DNA of 64,000 nucleotides from Hemiscyllium ocellatum (taxonomy: Eukaryota), in contig NC_083438.1 in assembly GCF_020745735.1 (NCBI RefSeq), forward strand, positions 32,362,443 through 32,426,442. The letters are read 5' to 3'. The number at the start of each line of letters is the position of its first letter. The first letter of the stretch is position 1. Below, one piece after another: positions 45,111 through 56,829 of the stretch. The translations under genes were made by a program, and so were the position numbers. The notes below the pieces were generated by a model that saw only the letters and a program-made list of their open reading frames with translations, was not told the origin of the DNA and did no database searches.

Positions 45111-46778
45111 CTATGGAGAGAGAAAACAGCAGGGAACAGGTTAAAAGAATCCACTACTTTGGACATGTATGTCGGGGAGCTATTCAGGGGCACAGACACA
45201 TTAAATCACCCTCAACATCCTGGGGACCAATGGCAGCTGGAAAATGGGTGACAGGAGCTGCACGGTGATGGAGCACAGAGTGTAGAGGAGAGGAGGCTTA
45301 TAGGGGAGGCAATGGGCAAGAGCTGGGCACTGCACAGGAGCTGTGCTGACTGACAGAGGGAGGGCCAGAGGAGAGAGTGAGAGAACCCTGCAATAGTTCC
45401 TCCTCCCACAGTGAGGGCTGTGTGTGGGGAAAAGCGGGGAGCAATGATGTAGATATTGAGGGAAACAAGGAAGATGGGCTTCCCAGTGACTGAACACTTC
45501 AGTCCCAGGATAAAGGGTGGGCTGTGTTGTTCGAAAAGTGCAGGATAGTGAGCAACAACTTGCATTTCGATAGCACCTTACACATTGTGGAGTATAGGAA
45601 AAGACAAGAGAGTGGCAGTGGAGAGACAGAGGGAGACGAGGGAGAGAAACTCAGACAAAGAGGTTTAGGTGAGGATTTGCAGAGCTTCAGAGCCAGGCAG
45701 CTGAAGGCACAGCCACCAATGGGGCAGCAATGGAAATATCAGGGATACAGGAGCACAGAGATCTGAGGGCTGTACAGCTGAAGGTGGTTACACATAGGGA
45801 GGGCTGAGGATATGGAGGGATTGGAAAAAGGATGGGAATGTTCAAATCTGTTCATCACAGTCTGAAACAGATTTAACGATGGAACATCCACACCCACATG
45901 GAGTATAAACGTGAACCAACATATCCCTGTTTGCATCCTCTGTATCCCCCTCACAGCTTACTTTCCCACTGAGCTTTGTATCAGCAGCAAACTGGGACAA
46001 TCCCACTCTATCCCCCCATCTCAGTCACTGATATAGATTGTGAGTCACTGAGGTCCCAGCACTGATCCTTGCAGCACCAGTTACATCCTGACAACTGACA
46101 ATGACCCATTTGTTCCTGCTCTGTTCCTGTCCATTAACCAACCCTCAATCCACGCTATATCACCCCCCAATCCCCTGGGCCCTCATCTTGTACAACAACC
46201 TATTGTGTGGCATCTTCTCAAATACCTCCTGAAATTCCCAATATATGCCCCATCCTCTGGTTCTCCAGTGGGATAATATTTGCTCCTTTCCAATCCACGG
46301 GGACTGTTCAGCAGCGAGAGGATGACAAGCTGGAAGTGACTGGATGATGCTGCTCAATGACAGGCTGGATTGAAGCATCCTCACAGCTCAGGGAATGGAC
46401 AGGGACAGAGCTCAGCAACATTTCACACAATGTTATACAAAGATCAAAGGGTTACCATGGAAATGGTGCAACATTCCAGAACTCACCTTCTTTGTCGCTT
46501 TAGGACAATGTGACCCACAATTCCTGCTACAACAAAAACAGCACCAATCCCGAATCCCAATCCAACTCTTTCTCCAGTGGAGCGTCCAGGATCTAGAGAC
46601 AGAGTGAAGCCATTAACAGACTGGGACACACAAACAAAACTAACAGCACAGACCTTCAGCACCTAGTGATTCAGAACCAGCCCCAGTACAAACAGATCCC
46701 TGGGTAATTCTAGTCCTGGAGGGATGTGGGAGGTTAGATCCCAATAAGCTCTCACGCACCAGACCACCCCACAGCTCC

Positions 46779-46817
<39 letters not shown>

Positions 46818-49800
46818 CAATGTGATTGATAGATGCTTTCCAATAGCGAGAACTGGGCACTTACCAGCAGCAGTTTCCCTTCAATTAAACTGAACAGCAA
46901 CTGAAATTATCATTAATTTTACAAGTAAAGTGTTTCACACTGCCTTCAATCCAGGGTCACGACCTCCAGATTATATCTCTCTGTGCCCTCACCTCTGGTG
47001 GGCCTGTCCTTCCAGTGGGACAGGACATACCCAGGGATGGTGATCGGGGAGTCTGGGATGTTGTGTTATTTCTGTCAGTGTGACTATGTCCCACAGTGTC
47101 CCAAGTTGGACCCCAGTCCCCAGATGTTAGTGAGGGGGACTTTGCAGGGTCAGCTGGGCTAGCTGTGACATTGCTGTGTCCTGATTCGATGCCTGGCTCA
47201 CAGCCAGTGACCAATTCAGTTTTATTGTGGATTTTCCTGTCTAGGGGTGTGGTATAAACTGATTGATGTGGTCAATTAAAGAGGGCAGTTAAATGTCTCC
47301 CCCCGCCCCACTTTGTGTGGAACTGGAGTCACATATATTGAACAATGTGAATTTAAGGTCTGAAAGTACCACAGTAGGATTTGATCTCTCTCTCTCTCTC
47401 TCTCTGTTATTAATCCAGATTTCTGGATTACACGTCTAGTAACATAACCCCAGCACTCCCATCCCCATAACATCAGAGATCCAATACAGAATCCCTGAAA
47501 CAGAAACCTCTTACCTGTTACAGAGAGATGAACACGTTGATGAAAGTGTAGACCCGTCCTGTCAGAAATCTGACACTGACACTCGTCCTGGTCTGTCTCC
47601 CTGAGGTCAGACATCAGAACTGACCAGTTGCCTTGTTGAAGTTGATCTTTGAACAGGTTTGTTCTGTTTCTGAACAGTGGGTCTTGTTCTCTTAAATCAT
47701 CGCTCCCATTCACAAAAGTGTGTACCATTTCACTCTTGGGTGTCCTCCAGATTACCAGTAAATCAGAGACTGAGACATTCCCTTTGTAGGTACAGGGCAA
47801 CACAACCTGCTCCCCAAGGAACCCAGAAACTGGGACAGGCGAGTCACCTGGAAAAGATTGAAAGGATTTACCCACAGATAGACCCTCCCTGCTGGTACAT
47901 TACATCCCAAGCTTCACATGAGCATACTTCAGAGAGAAGTCAGGTGGGCAAAAAGGGGACATGAGATAGCTTGGGCCAATAGGGCTAAGGAGAACCTAAA
48001 GCGATTCTCTAAATTCATTGAGGACAAAAGGGTAACGAGGGAGAGAATAAGACCCCGCAAAGATTAGTAAGGCAGCCTTTGTGTGGAACTGCAGGTGATG
48101 GGGGAGATACTAAATAACTATTTGGCATCAATGTTTACTGTGGAGAAGGATCTGGAAGATTGAGAACTGGGTGAAACAGATAGTGACATCTTGAAAAGTG
48201 TCCATATTACAGAGAAGGTGGTGCTGGATGCCTTAAAACACATAAAGGTGGATAAATCCCCAGGACCTGATCAGGTGTACCCTAGAACTCTGTGGGAAGC
48301 TAGGGAAGTGATTGCTGGACCCGTTGCTGAGATATTTGTACCATCGAATGTCACAGGTGAGGTGCCAGAAGACTGGAGGTTGACTAATGTGATGCCACTA
48401 CTTAAGAAAGGTGGTAAGGAACAGCCGGGCAACTATAGACCAGTGAGTCTGACATTAATGGTGGGCAAGTTGTTGGAGGGAATCCTGAGGGACAGCAGTA
48501 AATGTATTTGGAAAGGCAAGGACTGATTCAGGGAAGTCAGGCTGGCTTTGTGCTTCGGAAATCATGCTCATGAACTTGATAGAGTTTTTGAAGAAGTAAC
48601 AAAGAGGGTTGATGAGGGCAGAGCGGTGGAGGTGATCTATGTGGACTTCACTAAGGAGTTTGAGAAGGTTCCTCAATGGGAGACTGGTTAGTGAGGTTAG
48701 ACAGCATGGAGTACAGGGAGAACTAGCCATTTGGATACAGAACTGGCTCGAGGGTAGAAGGCAGAGGGTGGTGGTGGAGGGTTGCTTTTCAGACTGGAGG
48801 CTTGTGATCAATGGTATGCCACAAGGATCAGTGCTGGGTCCACTCTTTTTCATCACTTATTTAACTGTTTAGATGTGAGCAGAGGAGGTAGTTAGTAGGT
48901 TTGCAGCTGACACCAAAATTGGATCATAGAATCCCTAATGTGGAAACAGACCATTGGCCCAACAAGTCCTCACTGACCCTCCAAACAGTATCCCACCCAG
49001 ACCCATTCCCCAACCCTATATTTCCCCTAAGTAACATGCCTCACATCCCTGAACACTATAGGCAATTTAGCACAGCCAATTCACCCAAACCTACACATCT
49101 TCAGACTGTGGGAGGAGACCAGAGCACCCAGAGGAAACCCACACAGACTCAGTGAGAATGTGCAAACTCCACACAGATAATTCCCTGAGGTTGGAATTGA
49201 ACCCAGATCCCTAGTGCTGCAAGGCAAAAATGCCAACCACTGAGCCACGACGCCGCATAGTGGACAGTGAAGGTTATCACAGAGTACAACGGGATCTTGA
49301 TCAGATGGGCCAATGGGCTGAGGAGTAGCAGATGGAGTTTAATTTAGATAAATGTGAGGTGCTACATTTTGGTAAGGTAAATCAGAGCAAGGCTCATACA
49401 CTTAACGGTCATGTCTTGGGCAGGTGATGCTGAACAAAGAGACCTTGGAATGCAGGTTCAGAGTTCCTTGAAAGTAGAGTCACAGGTAGATACGATAGTG
49501 AAGTAGGCCTTTGGTATGCTTTCCTTTACTGGTCAGTATTGAGGACAGGAGTTGGGAGGTCATGTTGCGGCTGTACAGGGCATTGTTAAGGCCACTTTTG
49601 GAATATTGCGTGCAATTTTGGTCTCCCAATGACAGCATTTGTAGGGTTTGAGCTCGAGGGAAAGGCGGAATAGGCTGGAGCTGTTTTCCCTGTAGTGTCA
49701 GAGGTTTGAGGGATGACCTTTTAGAGGTTTATCAAATCATGAGGGGCATGGATAGAGTGAACAGCCAAGGTCTTTTCCCCAGGGTAGGGGAGTCCAAATT

Positions 49801-52800
49801 TAGAGGGCATAGGTTTAGGGTGAGAGGGGTATGATTTTAAAAAGGACCTTTTTCACAGAGAGGGTGATGCATGGACTGAATGAGAATAGAAAGGTAAATG
49901 AATAGAAAGAATATATAGAGGGATATGGGTCAAATGCTGGTAAATGGGACTTGGTTAATTTAGGGTATCTGGATAGCATGGATGATGTGGAGTGAAGGGT
50001 CTCTTTCCATGCTGTCCCGTTCTATAATTCTATGACTCTCACTGAGTCATTTGGCAAAATATCACACAGCATTACAAACTTTCCAATGTTCCTCCCTGTC
50101 TATCCAACATGATCCAATGTAAGAGCTGAAAACACATGCAGTAGTTTAGAAACAGATTTACCTGGTACAGGTGTGTTCGGTCCAGGTGTAGGAGCTCGCT
50201 CTAAAGGAAACATCGTGTGGTAAGTACGGTGTGTGAAACAAACTGCAGAAATGTTCAGAGACTCTATTGGGCTTTAGGGAAACACGCCCAGGGAGGAATG
50301 AGGCTCAGGTCAGACGGAGCAGGAGGGATCAGGAACAGATAAAAGCAAATTACTACAGATGCTGGAATCTGAAACCAAAAGAGAAAATGCTGGAACATCT
50401 CAGCAAGTCTAGCAGCATCTGTAAGGAGAGAAAAGAGCTGACGTTTCGAGTCTAATTATCCCTGTATCAAAGTTTTGACAAAGGGTCAGTTAGACTCGAA
50501 ACATCAGCACTTTTCTCTCCTTACAGATGCTGCCAGACCTGCTGAGATTTTCCAGCATTTTCCCTTTTGGTATCAGCAACAGGATCGGGAGTGAAAATTC
50601 CAACAGGATTGCATTAACTGGGAAGGGTAGAATGGAAGTTTCCAGAGTGACCCTGAGCAGGATCATTCCCAGCAGCTTACATCCCCCTGTGGAGAGAATC
50701 CTCACAGGATCCTGGGCCGACTGGGATACACTTTCAAGGTCAGTGCACTGGGTCTTGGAAAGGCTGCTTGGGAGGGACTGTGGGTCCCACCTCCTGCAGC
50801 CCAACCTCTGGAGACGGAAGGACCATGTTTCTGGGGAGGAAGTGCAGGTTCTCACACTGTTAACCCCTTCCATCACCCAGTTTGGTAGCTCCATCCTTCA
50901 GGGCTCAGTCAGCTCGCTCAGTGGGGTTTATTACTGAGTGACTCTTGGGGATGGACAGGGAAGATCCACTCAGTAGATTCTGTGTCTGTGTGACCCTCAG
51001 TTGTTCCCCCAAGTGGGGGTGAACATTGTGGGGTACCCATTGATCAGCTGAGGGAGGGCAGTAGATGAAAATCAGCAGGAGGTTTCCAGGCCCATGTTTG
51101 ACCCGAGGCTGAGAGACTTCATGGGGCTCAGAGTCAATGTTGAGGAGCCCAATCCCCTCTCCCTCCTGACTGTATCCCCCTGGGGTGATCGGACACAGCC
51201 CGGGATGGTGATAGTGCAGTCTGGGGTAGACAGGGGATTCTGTCAGGATGGCTCTGTCACACAGCCCAACATACAGAGCCCAGATGTCAGTGACTGGGTC
51301 TTTGCAGAGTCAACTGGGCTGGGCGTGTCTTTGTTGTTGCCTGGTTCAATCCCTGGGTCACAGCCAGTGGGTCTGTTCAGGTTTAATCTTGTTCCTCTTC
51401 ATCATGGAGAGATTGAAAATCATTGTCAACTCAGGTAAATGTCCCCCAGGTTGGTGTGGGACTGGAGTCACAGAGACCAGACCGGGTAAGGACGGCAGAT
51501 TTCCTTCCCTAAAGGGACAAGAGGGAACCAGTTGGGGTTTTACAACAATCCAACAGCTTCATGGTCAGCAGTTCTGAGGATGGGTCACTCAACCCAAAAC
51601 ATGAACTCTGCTTTCTCTCCAGAGGTGCTGCCAGACCTGCAGAGCTTTTCCAGCAATTTCTGTTTTTGTTTCTGATTTACAGCATCTGCAGTTCTTTTGA
51701 TTTTTATTTAGCTTCATGGTCTCTTTTATTGCAGCTGAATTTATATTTCCAGATTATAATTCAAATACACTCCTTAGATTGTCTCAGAATGGCATATAAC
51801 CCCTGCACAAACACAGACAGAAAATCACAGATTAAATACTGAACATCTGAAGGAGATCGCTCTCACCTTTTACAGAGAGATCGACATAATGATGCTCTGA
51901 ATAAAAAAGCACACCAACTCTCTTTCGAATCCAACACTGATACACATCCTGGTCTGTCTCCCTGAGGTCAGAGATCAGAACTGACCAGTTCCCTTGTTCC
52001 AGTTGATCTTTGAACAGGTTCGCTCGGTTTCTGAACCGTGGGTCTTGTTGGGCCAAATCATCATTCCCATCGACAAACACGTTTAAAGTTTCATGCTTCT
52101 GTGTCCCCTAGATTACCAGTAAATCAGAGACTGGGACATTCCCTTTGTAGGTACAGGGCAGCACAACCTGCTCCCCAAGGAACCCAGAAACTGGGACAGG
52201 CGAGTCACCTGGAAAAGATGGAAAGTATTTATCCACAGATAGACCCTCCCTGCTGGTACATTACATCCCAAGCTTCACTGCGATGCTGGATTTACAAGAA
52301 GCTCTGATCAGTAACTCACTGCTTTCATTTCTGGGGGAAGGTTAAAGCTCAGACATTGAGGGTCTTCAACTAAAAGCAGCTTGTGCTGGATATATGTCAG
52401 CACTGAGCAGCGGGACAGCACTTTGAATCACATGGTTCCCATTTGGACACCCACTGGGAGACTGGGGAGGGATTGGGAGCAAAGATCTTCAATGGGAGGT
52501 GGTGATCAGGAGTAAAACACTGAAGCTCTAACTTAAAGGGGGAAATGGGTGGGGAAGTGTACCCAAGGATGTGCAGGGAGTCTGAAACAACTTGCCTCTC
52601 CCCCACAACACGGAGACTGTCCCTCCCATGACCCAAAGCCTCACCTCCTCTCCCACATTCTGAGACAATTCCCACCTCTCTTTGATCCAAGGACTTTCCC
52701 AGATTCCTGATTCCAGTGCTCAGGACCCAGCCCCCCCATCCCAGTGTCACTGAGTATTGCTCAGGGTCCAGATGCCACTGTTCCTATCCCAGGGGTTAAT

Positions 52801-53631
52801 CTGAAGATATTAAATGCCTTCCTTTCAGCTCCCTCTCATGATCACGGTGTGTAATGTGAACCTACTGTGTCCCACTCCCTCAGTGGGTCCACTTGCAGCC
52901 CACACAGCACCTTAAAGCAAGAGGAATTCCTGATTCCCCCCACCCCCAGCCTTTGATCCTGCTGAAATGTTCCAGCACTCACAGCACTGACCTGAAACAG
53001 CAGCAACAACATTTAGCAGCAGCAGCAGCAGCAGCGGGGGGAGTAGTTTCTGTGAGCTGTGTCCCTGCAACAAGAAAACACAGTGAGTCCCTTTCCAACA
53101 GATTCCCTTCCTGATCAGGTTGATGATCCCGCTCCGCCCTGTCCCCGGGTGATGCCTGACAGATACAGCCCATGAGAAGGGCTGGGACATGGGGACTCGG
53201 AGTGAGAGGGAGGGCGGGGACAGACAACGCCGTCAGTAAAATAACTGTTTCCTTGCCGTTTGTCAAATTAATCTTTAGAGATCGTTCTGCATCACTTTAC
53301 AACCGCCGCAGTCTCGGTCTAACCCTCTTTTCAATGTTTCAATTCAACCTCCCCCTCCCTCAGTTCACTCACAGATCACTTTATAAACTTCTGAGAAGTT
53401 CCAGCCCTTTCTGTCTCTCTGAGATTGTCAGCATTTCCTTTTAATAAAGAGGTGAGTGCTGGGGGGGTGATGAGGGAGAGAGAGTTTCCCCCCAGATCCC
53501 CCTCCCTCCCTCCGTGTCCCCGGGTGGGAGACACTGACAGTAAGTACCTGCAGCTCCTTTCCCGGGACCGGGACTGCGATCAGGATCAGAGGCAGACACT
53601 GACAGGAGACCGAGAAGCTGCTGAGAAACAT
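44951..53631 (-). CDS. IgV membrane-protein gene copy D with two IgV exons; V1 has a nonsense codon, and skipping V1 gives an intact ~251-aa protein
   Basis: Exons 53548-53631 (putative), 52992-53064, [51867-52208 with stop], 47515-47847, 46487-46592 and 44951-45110. Without V1 they sum to 756 nt (252 codons). Confidence 0.65.
46487..46592 (-). CDS. TM exon of copy D ((D)PGRSTGERVGLGFGIGAVFVVAGIVGHIVLKRQR)
   Basis: gtctctag| ... AAG|gtgagt, 106 nt. Confidence 0.86.
47515..47847 (-). CDS. Intact IgV exon V2 of copy D
   Basis: GDSPVPVSGFLGEQVVLPCTYKGNVSVSDLLVIWRTPKSEMVHTFVNGSDDLREQDPLFRNRTNLFKDQLQQGNWSVLMSDLRETDQDECQCQISDRTGLHFHQRVHLSVT. 333 nt, ttttccag| ... |gtaaga. Confidence 0.93.
47930..50036 (+). 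mobile_element. CR1/HER1-like LINE, ~1.8 kb 3' portion, interrupted by a SINE
   Basis: LKHIKVDKSPGPDQVYPRTLWEAREVIAGP...[21 protein letters not shown], 3' GACTC tail. Confidence 0.92.
48925..49257 (-). mobile_element. HE1-like V-SINE nested in CR1
   Basis: GTGGAAACAGACCATTGGCCCAACAAG...GAGAATGTGCAAACTCCACACAG...CCACTGAGCCAC. Confidence 0.85.
51867..52208 (-). pseudogene. IgV exon V1 of copy D, full length, single nonsense mutation at the core Trp (TAG 52108-52110)
   Basis: ...LPCTYKGNVPVSDLLVI*GTQKHETLNVFVDGNDDLAQQDPRFRNRANLFKDQLEQGNWSVLISDLRETDQDVYQCWIRKRVGVLFYSEHHYVDLSVK. 342 nt with intact splice sites. Confidence 0.9.
52992..53064 (-). CDS. Leader exon of copy D: GHSSQKLLPPLLLLLLLNVVAAVS(G)
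   Basis: 73 nt, Leu7, canonical splice sites. Confidence 0.8.
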
Positions 53632-54090
53632 TTGGTAAAACTCCGTGTTGCAGGGAGAGCAGGGTGTGTGTCAGTCAGATACAGCCCGGAGCTGACCCTG
53701 GGTTCACTCACGGTCTTCCTGATGAAGGGCTTATGCCCGAAACGTCGAATTTCCTGTTCCTTGGATGCTGCCTGACCTGCTGTGCTTTAACCAGCAACAC
53801 ATTTTCAACTGTCTCATTCATAAAAACAAGTTACAAACTGCAGACTGACCCACATTGTGGGGAGACAGGGGTGCACCAGTTCATGCCCCTTTTTCCTCTC
53901 TGCTCTCCCGGTTCTGGACCCACAGTTTTCCGGCAGTCCCCACTCGGATCACTGTCTCACTGCAATCCCTTCAGGGGAAAAGCAGCTTGGACCCGGTTTT
54001 TCCCGACAGAGGCTGCACCCGGATCGCTCACTCCTTCCCTCCCCCCACCCTCGCTGTGAGAATGGGAGAGCCCAGAGCCCGCCCTCAAGG
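53380..54090 (-). promoter_or_regulatory. GC-rich promoter/first-exon block of copy D, with a PLE pLTR fragment inserted at ~53715-53805
   Basis: Paralog of the 28600-29300 block. The insertion is absent from copy C. Confidence 0.6.
53715..53750 (+). ncRNA. Minimal type I hammerhead ribozyme (PLE type)
   Basis: CUUC-CUGAUGA-A-GGGC(UUAU)GCCC-GAA-ACGU-C^GAAU. Confidence 0.72.
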
Positions 54091-54998
54091 TTGTGTCACA
54101 GTCGAGAGGAAAAAAGATCACCCGAAAATCATAGATTCCTCACTGTCTGACCAAGACTGCCAGGTTGGTCGTCGCATTATGTGTGCTTCCTGCACAGAAG
54201 AGTCGGGTTGTTACAATCCACATGTACAAGACGACAGGAACGACTGGGAGGCCAGGGAAGGGCTGGAGAGAAAAGGAGAAGCCCCACACAAGGCTGAGGG
54301 ACATGGAAAGGAGACAGGCCCTTTAGGTGGGGAGCAGAGGGCTCAATATCTAAACTTCATGGGGAGAAGGGAACAACGTTAATGGAGGGATTGAAGGGAA
54401 ATAAAAGGTGGGATCTCCCAGACTCACCAGAGGAGGGAAAGATCTGGTGGGAAACAGAAAAAAAAACTGGGACAGAAGTCAGGGAAAGGCCTGGAGAAAT
54501 CATCTTGGGAATATCAGAGTTTTCTGGAATGTTAGGAAGAGGGAAGTGTGTGTGTGTGTGTGTGTTCAGAAACTGCCTTATTCCAGAGAGGGAGGGAGAA
54601 ACGAGGGGCAGGATGAGACGGAAATGTAGAAGTGGGCAGTGGGCTGGGGAGAGGGGGCTTCCTGAGGGCACATTGAGCTGGGATATGAAGGGCTGGGGTC
54701 AGGTAGGCAGCTGGGGCGGGGTGGGGGCGGAGTTTGGAGCAGAGGCTGAGGGGAGCTGAGCAGGAGACAGAGGGAGGGAGGGAGAGGGGGAGGAGATTCA
54801 GGCTGTCTCCCACAGGGATAGATGTCCTGTCTCCAGACACTGGCGGTGAAATGTTGCTGCTGAATCTGGGTTGAAATAATTGATGTTTGGTTTTGCGGGG
54901 GGAGAGAGAGTCAGGTTGGTCAAACAGCACGTGGAGCTCTGTGGGTGCCCTGCAGTGTCACTCACTGAAAATTTCTCCCTAATGTGCTCTGTGTTGTG

Positions 54999-55123
54999 GT
55001 TCTGAAGCTGTTTGCTGGGCAGTGGGTTGGAACAGATTCCTTTTGGATTTCCTTTCGTTAAAGGAAGGTTCTGAAGCTGTTTGCTGGGCAGTGGGTTGGA
55101 ACAGATTCCTTTTGGATTTCCTG
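54999..55123. repeat. Two-copy ~56-bp direct repeat
   Basis: GGTTCTGAAGCTGTTTGCTGGGCAGTGGGTTGGAACAGATTCCTTTTGGATTTCCT occurs twice. Confidence 0.85.
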
Positions 55124-55394
55124 TCATTCTGCCCTGGGTTGGGAGGGGTTTGGAGGGGAAATGTACTGCAAAGCTGAAGGATTTGAGGATTCTAGTTCCT
55201 GCAACAGTTCTTAGGAGACGAGGGGGAAATTAGTTTAACTTCAGATTTAGAAACAAATATTTCAGGTGGTTTTGAATTCTAAACAGAAAGAAACGAAGAC
55301 ATTTGCAGAGATTTGATTCATCTTCCATCTAGCTGCAGGGCTGGGGCAAGTTCCCGAGCTTTAAAGATTCCAGTTCCTGGGGAATGGGGAACAC

Positions 55395-56337
55395 TGTGAC
55401 CAGAAAGCCGAAATACATTGCCACAACTGTGCAGGAAGCTCTTGTCATTTTCAAATTCCAAACCCTCAAACCCAAGTTACAGATGAAATAATGACCTTTG
55501 TCCACAAGTCCATCAGGAAGTAGTCAGCACGTAGTGTCCTTGAGACCCTTTGGGAAAAAGGGAGGGCATATCCTATCGAGTGGTTCCCTGAGCAGACTGT
55601 CAAAGCCATTTGGCAGAATGCCTCACTGCCAGAACTTTCCAACTAGCACCAAGACATGGCTTGGCTGGTGGTGAGAAGGGCTCTGCCTGTGAGATCATTC
55701 ATGCACGCCTGGACTCTCTGCCGCACCGCACGCTGCCCTCGAAGCGGCTGCGGGGGGGATGAGACTGTCACACACCTCCTTCTGGAATGTGCCTTCGCAG
55801 AAGAAGTCTGGAGAGGAATGCAGTGGTGTTTGTCGAGGTTCGTCCCGAGCAGCGCCGTGACGCGTGTCTCCGTGCTCTACGGTCTGTTCCCCAGGACGCA
55901 CACCGAGACGAACATCAACTGTGCCTGGAGGATCATCAACTCGGTGAAGGACGCTCTCTGGGTGGTCGGAAACCTGTTGATCTTCCAGCTGAAGGAGTTG
56001 ACCCTGACTGAGTGTTGCAGACTGGCACATTCCAAGGTCCAGGACTACGTGTTGAGGGACGTGCTGAAGCTCCGGGCAGCTGCCGCCAAGGCGCGGTGGG
56101 GAAAGACCACTGTGTAACATCTGCCTGCCTAAGCACAGGGTCCGACGCAATAAGGGGGCTCCGCTGACCCCCCCCCCCGCTAAATATGTGGATAGTAATC
56201 GTACAGAATGGTATATATGAATGATTACTGTCTCTGTATGCCAAGAAATGGAAGGTTTTACGAATGTATGGCATGACCAATTGTACAGATTATCAAAATA
56301 TTTTATGAATAAAGTATATTTTGAATTTAAAAAAATT
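55395..56337 (+). mobile_element. Tx1/L1-group non-LTR retrotransposon, 5'-truncated (ORF2 C-terminal zinc knuckle, 3' UTR, poly-A)
   Basis: MAWLVVRRALPVRSFMH...CPRSGCGGDETVTHLLLECAFAEEVW (C-x4-C...ETxxH-x4-C motif)...KARWGKTTV*. AATAAA at ~56310 and an A-tail at 56329-56337. Confidence 0.85.
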
Positions 56338-56829
56338 GGAATGTGGTCAACTCCCAGGGGACACAGGAACCAGGGATCCCCAAGACCCACAACCTGCTGA
56401 TCTGTAATGGTGTGTGAGTGTCTCTGGAAAAGGCCACACAATGTACACTTTCAACAAACCGATGACCCAGAACATTGTTTAATCCCACCCAATGATTGTA
56501 AAAGCGAGGTTAAGGCAGGTCACAGAATGTGCAGCACTATCGAAATGCAGAAACGAGAAGGAAAGTGAATGTACAGATACACAGACGGGAGGTTTGTATT
56601 TGGAGTGGAACATGTTTCCATGATCACCTGGAGCAGGGGAGATTATACATTACCCCAGGGGGAGGTCATATCCAACACAAACAGACTAATTTGAAATCTC
56701 TTAGGGGCTGCAGGAAGATGCTGGGTTAAAGTTAAGATTCACCAATCATTATCCCAGCTGCAAGTGTTTCAGGGGATCAGGGAAAGGTTAGGTCTTACTT
56801 GTAAAACCAGGCTCAGCTCTTCAACATGA

